Assembly (NCBI GenBank): GCA_963169075.1 | Contig: CAUJGC010000434.1 | Coordinates: forward strand, 1-63,805 | Length of the DNA stretch: 63,805 bases | Reading direction: 5' to 3' | Origin: Myxococcota bacterium | Lineage (GTDB): Bacteria > Myxococcota_A > Bradymonadia > Bradymonadales > GCA-2716585 | Shown here: positions 60,124 to 63,805 of the stretch, piece by piece | Layout of the letters: each line of letters starts with the position of its first letter | Position numbering within the stretch: the first letter of the stretch is position 1 | Notes under the pieces: model-generated | The model's database searches: none | The model's input: only the letters and a program-made list of their open reading frames with translations | Told to the model about the DNA's origin: nothing | Program-made: the position numbers and the translations under genes

Positions 60124-60975
60124 ATGAGCGATTGGAAGCCCGACATCTTCACGTACTTGAACTATCGCGAGTACCTTGGAGATTACTACACGCAGGCCAA
60201 GGCCCACACCAAGCACTTCTCCTACCGCTACTTCGCGAAGCGCGCCGGCTTTGCGTCCTCCAATTTCTTGAAGCTGGTGATCGACGGCCAGCGCAACATC
60301 AGCCCGCAGAGCGTAGACAAGATCGCGGAGGCGTTGGGGCTGACCGCCAGCGAGCACCGCTTCCTGGCGCACCTGGTGGCGTTCGCCCAGGCCGAGGACG
60401 CCGATGAGCGCGCGCAGCGCCTCCAGGCGATCACCGCGACGCAGCGCTTCTGGGACGCGAAGCCGCTGGATGGGATGATGTTCGAGTACCTGTCCAGCTG
60501 GCACAACGTGGTGGTGCGCGAGCTGGCAGCGCGAGAGGACTTCCGGGAGGACGCAGGGTGGATCGCGTCGCAGGTGCTGCCGGCGATCACGCCCGCGCAG
60601 GCGTCGAGCGCGCTGGAGCTGCTCTTGAAGCTGGGCTTGCTGGTGCGCGATGAGGAGGGGCGCATCCGGCGCGGCGATCCGACGCTGGACTCGGGGCACG
60701 AGGTGACGGCGGTGGGGGTGCGCCAGTTTCACCGGCAGATGATCGAGCGCGGGCGGGAGGCGATGGATAGCATCCCAGCCAGGCATCGGGACATCAGCGG
60801 GATGACGGTCTGCGTGCGCGCAGATCGCCTGGCGGAGCTGAAGCGTCGCATCCGCGCGTTTCGGGAGGAGCTGATGGACTTCTGCGACAGCCAGGAGGAC
60901 CCGGACGTCGTGATGCAGATCAACATGCAGGTGTTCCCGCTGAGCCAGGCGCGGGAGCGGGAGCAGGCGGAGTGA
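60124..60975 (+). CDS. TIGR02147/DUF4423-type protein, 283 aa
   Basis: Characteristic N-terminus FTYLNYREYLGDYYTQAKAHTKHFSYRYFAKRAGFASSNFLKLVIDGQRNIS...IAEALGLTASEHRFLAHLVAFAQA, and family-typical length. The family call is from memory of its signature. Confidence 0.75.
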   Translation: MSDWKPDIFTYLNYREYLGDYYTQAKAHTKHFSYRYFAKRAGFASSNFLKLVIDGQRNISPQSVDKIAEALGLTASEHRFLAHLVAFAQAEDADERAQRLQAITATQRFWDAKPLDGMMFEYLSSWHNVVVRELAAREDFREDAGWIASQVLPAITPAQASSALELLLKLGLLVRDEEGRIRRGDPTLDSGHEVTAVGVRQFHRQMIERGREAMDSIPARHRDISGMTVCVRADRLAELKRRIRAFREELMDFCDSQEDPDVVMQINMQVFPLSQAREREQAE

Positions 60976-62159
60976 TGAAGTTGAGGCAGGTGATTCGGAT
61001 GAGCGCGGCCTGGGCCGCGCTGGTGTGGGTCGCGGTGCTGGGATGTGGCGACGGCGGGGACGACCCTTCGACCGGGACCCACATCGGCAACCCCGGCGAC
61101 CTGGAGTTCCGGGTGTCGAGCGCGCTGAGCGAGGCGCCCGAGGCCAAGGAGGTGCGCTTCACCGACGTAGACGGGACGCCGTTTGCGCTGGCGGAGGCGC
61201 GGGTGGTCATCCGTGACGTGGAGCTCTACCTGCCAGACGGGCTCACCTGCGCGGCGGTGGCCGGGAGCTACAGCGGGGCGACCTGCGAGGCTGGCGACGA
61301 CAAGCTGGAGGTGACGGGGCCCTTTGTGGTCGATCTGCTGACCGGCGCCTCGACGCCTTCGCTGGAGGGGGTGAAGGTGCCGCCGCTGCGCTGGCGGCGG
61401 GTGGACTATCGACTGGACGACGCCGACGAGACGCTGCTCCCGAGCAGCGATCCGCTCTTTGGGAGCACCCTCTACCTGCGCGCGGCCTTCGAGCAGGCCG
61501 GGATGACGAGCGAGCTGCGAGGCGCGCTGCGCTTCAACGAGGTGGTCCGGGTGGAGGACGCAGCGGGGATTCAGCTCCCGGAGGGCGGGAAGCTCTTCGT
61601 GGAGCTGGACGCCGGGGTCTGGCTCGCGCAGGCGCCGGTGAGCGCCTGCGTCGCGAGCGGCGAGCTGCCGCTGATGGACGGCGTGGCGACGCTCCACGAC
61701 GATGACGACCTCGATGATGACGACGATGATGACGACGACATCGACGATGACGTGGAGGAGTCGCTCCCGGACGACGAGGCGGCGAGCTGCGGCGATCTGG
61801 AGCGGGCGATCAAGGCGGGGGTGCGGGGCTCGTCGCGGCTGCGGGCGGATTTGTGGTCGGGGTCCTGGGACGCGACCCTGGACCCCACCGACGTCTCAAG
61901 GAGCGTCCGCGTAGATGCGCACGGCATAGTGGGTGTTGGCGTCGATGAGGGCAGGGAGGAGGCGGACGTAGTGAGGTCCGTCGCGGGTCACCTTGACGCT
62001 GGCGACCTTGGCGTGGTCGGGGCCGTCATCCTCGGTGTTGATGAGGATGGGCTGGGTGTTGCCCTCCTCATAGACCTCGATCTCGGGGAGGAGCTGGTGC
62101 TGATCGGGGTGCTTGGTGTCGAAGACGGACTCCACGTAGACGTTCAAAGTCTCATTTGA
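60975..62159 (+). CDS. Acidic lipoprotein, paralog 2 of CDS 58865..60031, 394 aa as read; the 3' end extends about 100 codons past the homologous stop
   Basis: The ATG overlaps the upstream TGA (GTGATG, 60972-60977). Lipobox VAVLGC. Collinear with paralog 1 up to ...SCGDLERAIKAGVRGSSRL. No in-frame stop occurs until 62159, so the tail is antisense to the convergent gene. The true 3' end is uncertain. Confidence 0.65.
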   Translation: MKLRQVIRMSAAWAALVWVAVLGCGDGGDDPSTGTHIGNPGDLEFRVSSALSEAPEAKEVRFTDVDGTPFALAEARVVIRDVELYLPDGLTCAAVAGSYSGATCEAGDDKLEVTGPFVVDLLTGASTPSLEGVKVPPLRWRRVDYRLDDADETLLPSSDPLFGSTLYLRAAFEQAGMTSELRGALRFNEVVRVEDAAGIQLPEGGKLFVELDAGVWLAQAPVSACVASGELPLMDGVATLHDDDDLDDDDDDDDDIDDDVEESLPDDEAASCGDLERAIKAGVRGSSRLRADLWSGSWDATLDPTDVSRSVRVDAHGIVGVGVDEGREEADVVRSVAGHLDAGDLGVVGAVILGVDEDGLGVALLIDLDLGEELVLIGVLGVEDGLHVDVQSLI

Positions 62160-63389
62160 TTTGACATCTATAACATACCAGTCCTCGTCGCCCTTGCACA
62201 AGCGCGCCTGGAAGACGTGGTTGGGCGTGATGCGGTGGGCGTCAGGGAGGGTGTTGGAGGGCTCGAAGGCGTCGTTGACGCAGAAGCCTCCCGGGACGTC
62301 GTAGCGCTGGATGCTGTAGGCCAGCGGGGCGTTGTTGGAGTGGACCAGCCCGTAGCCCTGCACGTCCAGGTAATAGGTCTTGGCCTCGTCCTCCCGCTCG
62401 AAGGGGATGAGGAGCGCGCTGTTGAAGGTGTTGTCCGTGTAGCGGGCCAGCTCCTTCTTGTCTCGGTCGCGGACGCGCGCCTCGACGGTGCCGATGCTGT
62501 TGTCAAAGAGGATGCGGATGAGCGCCCCGCTCCGCGCGGGGAGGTCGATCTGAAAGATGTCGTGGTTCTCGTGGCAGACGACAAGCTCCTTGTAGCCCTC
62601 ACCTGCTGCGAGGGGCTTGGCCTCGTCGAGGGTGTCGTTGGGCTCCAGCTCGTCCTGGAGGCAGGGCGTGTCCACGCAGGTGGTGGTCTTGGGATCGCAG
62701 ACGCGCAGGCCGCGGCAGTCGATGTCGCCTGCGCAACGCTCGGGCTCGAGGCAGTGGGAGTCGACGTGGCAGCGCTGGTTGCCGTCGCAGTCCGCGTCGC
62801 TGAGGCACTCGACGCAGTAGCCCTTGGGGTCGCAGCGTCGATCCCCGGCGCACTGCTCGTCGGTCTGACACTGGTGGAACTCGCACTGACCAAAGATGGA
62901 GTTGCAATAAGAGCCCTCGGGGCAGTCCTGAGGGCGGCAGCCCGGCGCCTTGTCCTCGCAGGCGCCGCGGTAGCAGACACGCCCGGCGCAGTCGCCGTCG
63001 CCCAGGCAGACGGTGGGCTCCTGGCAGCGCCCGGCGTCGCAGCGCATCAGCTCGGAGGGGCAGTCCGAAGGCTTCTGACACGCCAGCGAGGGCTCCGGGG
63101 CGCGCGTGAAGCGCGGCGGCGGCGCAGGCTTCTCGCGGCGTGAGGCGGGGACCGAGGCCGTCGCCACCACCGACGACGGCGCCTCACCTGGCGCCGCGCA
63201 GGCGCTCTCCGCCACGCAGCGGCCTCCGCAGCAGCGCAGCCCCTCGCCGCAAGCCGCCCCTTCGACGCACGCGGCGGCAGACGAGGGCGGCGACGCGTCG
63301 TCGCCCCGCGTGAAGAGCCAGATCATGAGGGCGATCAGCGAGGCCCCCAGGAGGGCCAAGGCGAGGTAGCGGAGGTGGCGTGGGTTCAT
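61896..63389 (-). CDS. Membrane-anchored/secreted Cys-rich protein with two PPC (pre-peptidase C-terminal)-like domains, 497 aa
   Basis: ATG at 63389 (MNPRHLRYLALALLGASLIALMIWL). A series of C-x-D/G-x-C repeats (CLGDGDCAGRVC, CLSDADCDGNQRC, CAGDIDCRGLRVC). Two EPN(D/T)-initiated PPC-like domains (ELEPNDTLDEAKPL...; AFEPSNTLPDAHRI...EDWYVIDV). Confidence 0.8.
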   Translation of the reverse strand: MNPRHLRYLALALLGASLIALMIWLFTRGDDASPPSSAAACVEGAACGEGLRCCGGRCVAESACAAPGEAPSSVVATASVPASRREKPAPPPRFTRAPEPSLACQKPSDCPSELMRCDAGRCQEPTVCLGDGDCAGRVCYRGACEDKAPGCRPQDCPEGSYCNSIFGQCEFHQCQTDEQCAGDRRCDPKGYCVECLSDADCDGNQRCHVDSHCLEPERCAGDIDCRGLRVCDPKTTTCVDTPCLQDELEPNDTLDEAKPLAAGEGYKELVVCHENHDIFQIDLPARSGALIRILFDNSIGTVEARVRDRDKKELARYTDNTFNSALLIPFEREDEAKTYYLDVQGYGLVHSNNAPLAYSIQRYDVPGGFCVNDAFEPSNTLPDAHRITPNHVFQARLCKGDEDWYVIDVKSNETLNVYVESVFDTKHPDQHQLLPEIEVYEEGNTQPILINTEDDGPDHAKVASVKVTRDGPHYVRLLPALIDANTHYAVRIYADAP

Positions 63390-63422
63390 AGGGCTCTCAA
63401 GGCGAAAGGCAGGCGCATAAAC

Positions 63423-63457
63423 GCTGACGCCGCATGTCAGGGACATGCGGCGTCAGC
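63423..63457 (-). terminator. Perfect 16-bp stem / 3-nt loop hairpin; putative intrinsic terminator after the partial upstream gene
   Basis: GCTGACGCCGCATGTC-AGG-GACATGCGGCGTCAGC. It lies 33 nt downstream of the stop at 63490 on the minus strand and is followed on that strand by GTTTAT, a weak U-tract. Confidence 0.5.
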
Positions 63458-63489
63458 AGGGAGAGGGCTACGCCAACATGGCGCGGCGC

Positions 63490-63804
63490 TTATTCACAGT
63501 AGCGCGTGACCTGAACCTGCGAGACACGCGGGATCTGGCCGTCCTGGTTGGAGATGAGGGTGATCTGGACCTCCAGAAGCTCCTTGTGGTTGGCGTCCAC
63601 ATCGCCGAAGGCGGTGATGAGGTTGGCCGGAGACTGGGTGGTGGCGCTGGTCTGGGTGAAGGGCCCACGCCAGGGGGCGTTGGAGAGCTCGGCGTTGGTG
63701 TTGCCCGTGCGGACACGGAGCTCCACCTGCGAGTTCGCCGGCACCGTGCCGCTCCAGATCAGCTTGTCCCAGCGGTCCACCGACGTCGTGCCGGGGCACC
63801 CGTC
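63490..63804 (-). CDS. C-terminal fragment (104 aa) of a protein whose 5' part lies beyond the window edge; function unknown
   Basis: The frame stays open to the window edge (...DGCPGTTSVDRWDKLIWSGTVPANSQVELRVRTGNTNAE...VQVTRYCE). The 'M' given in the track is an internal GTG. Confidence 0.55.
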   Translation of the reverse strand, partial: DGCPGTTSVDRWDKLIWSGTVPANSQVELRVRTGNTNAELSNAPWRGPFTQTSATTQSPANLITAFGDVDANHKELLEVQITLISNQDGQIPRVSQVQVTRYCE

Positions 63805-63805
63805 G

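Overview
This is a 63.8-kb, very GC-rich bacterial chromosomal segment (about 70% G+C by eye, not computed). I support about 39 protein genes. I saw no rRNA, tRNA or CRISPR array and no recognisable transposase, integrase or phage gene. The gene content suggests a Myxococcota/Bradymonadota-like lineage, which is inference only: eukaryotic-like Ser/Thr kinases, an ECF sigma factor coupled to a kinase-STAND-TPR protein, thrombospondin-type-3 and MopE-like Cys-rich secreted proteins, and a TIGR02147/DUF4423-type protein. Main blocks, in order: (1) a five-gene MoxR-DUF58-VWA 'Bat-like' operon on the minus strand; (2) an archaemetzincin-TPR lipoprotein and a Ser/Thr kinase; (3) a transglutaminase-like protein and a GT2 + GT-C glycosyltransferase pair; (4) an unknown-ECF sigma-kinase/STAND/TPR operon; (5) small accessory genes, including an abrupt ~1-kb AT-rich island encoding an orphan lipoprotein; (6) an RNase II-family enzyme, an O-antigen-ligase-like/TPR protein, a degenerate signal-peptidase homolog and a heterodimeric ABC exporter; (7) a 2204-aa modular secreted lipoprotein; (8) uvrD; (9) a CzcCBA-type heavy-metal RND efflux operon with its two-component system; (10) a locus of two paralogous poly-Asp lipoproteins flanking a TIGR02147-type gene, plus a Cys-rich PPC-domain protein. 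Most long ORFs in the supplied track that lie antisense to these genes are GC-driven artefacts, and several real ORFs needed their starts trimmed. The most interesting non-genic signal is a family of G7/C7-flanked, hairpin-rich palindromic repeat elements. There are three copies, and their termini read TGA-C7 / G7-TCA and coincide with stop codons of the flanking genes. Other regulatory-looking signals are a 3 x 10-bp tandem repeat inside the czc operon and a dense GAACAC/GTGTTC array upstream of the poly-Asp lipoprotein locus. All family assignments come from motif recognition by eye; no database search was possible.
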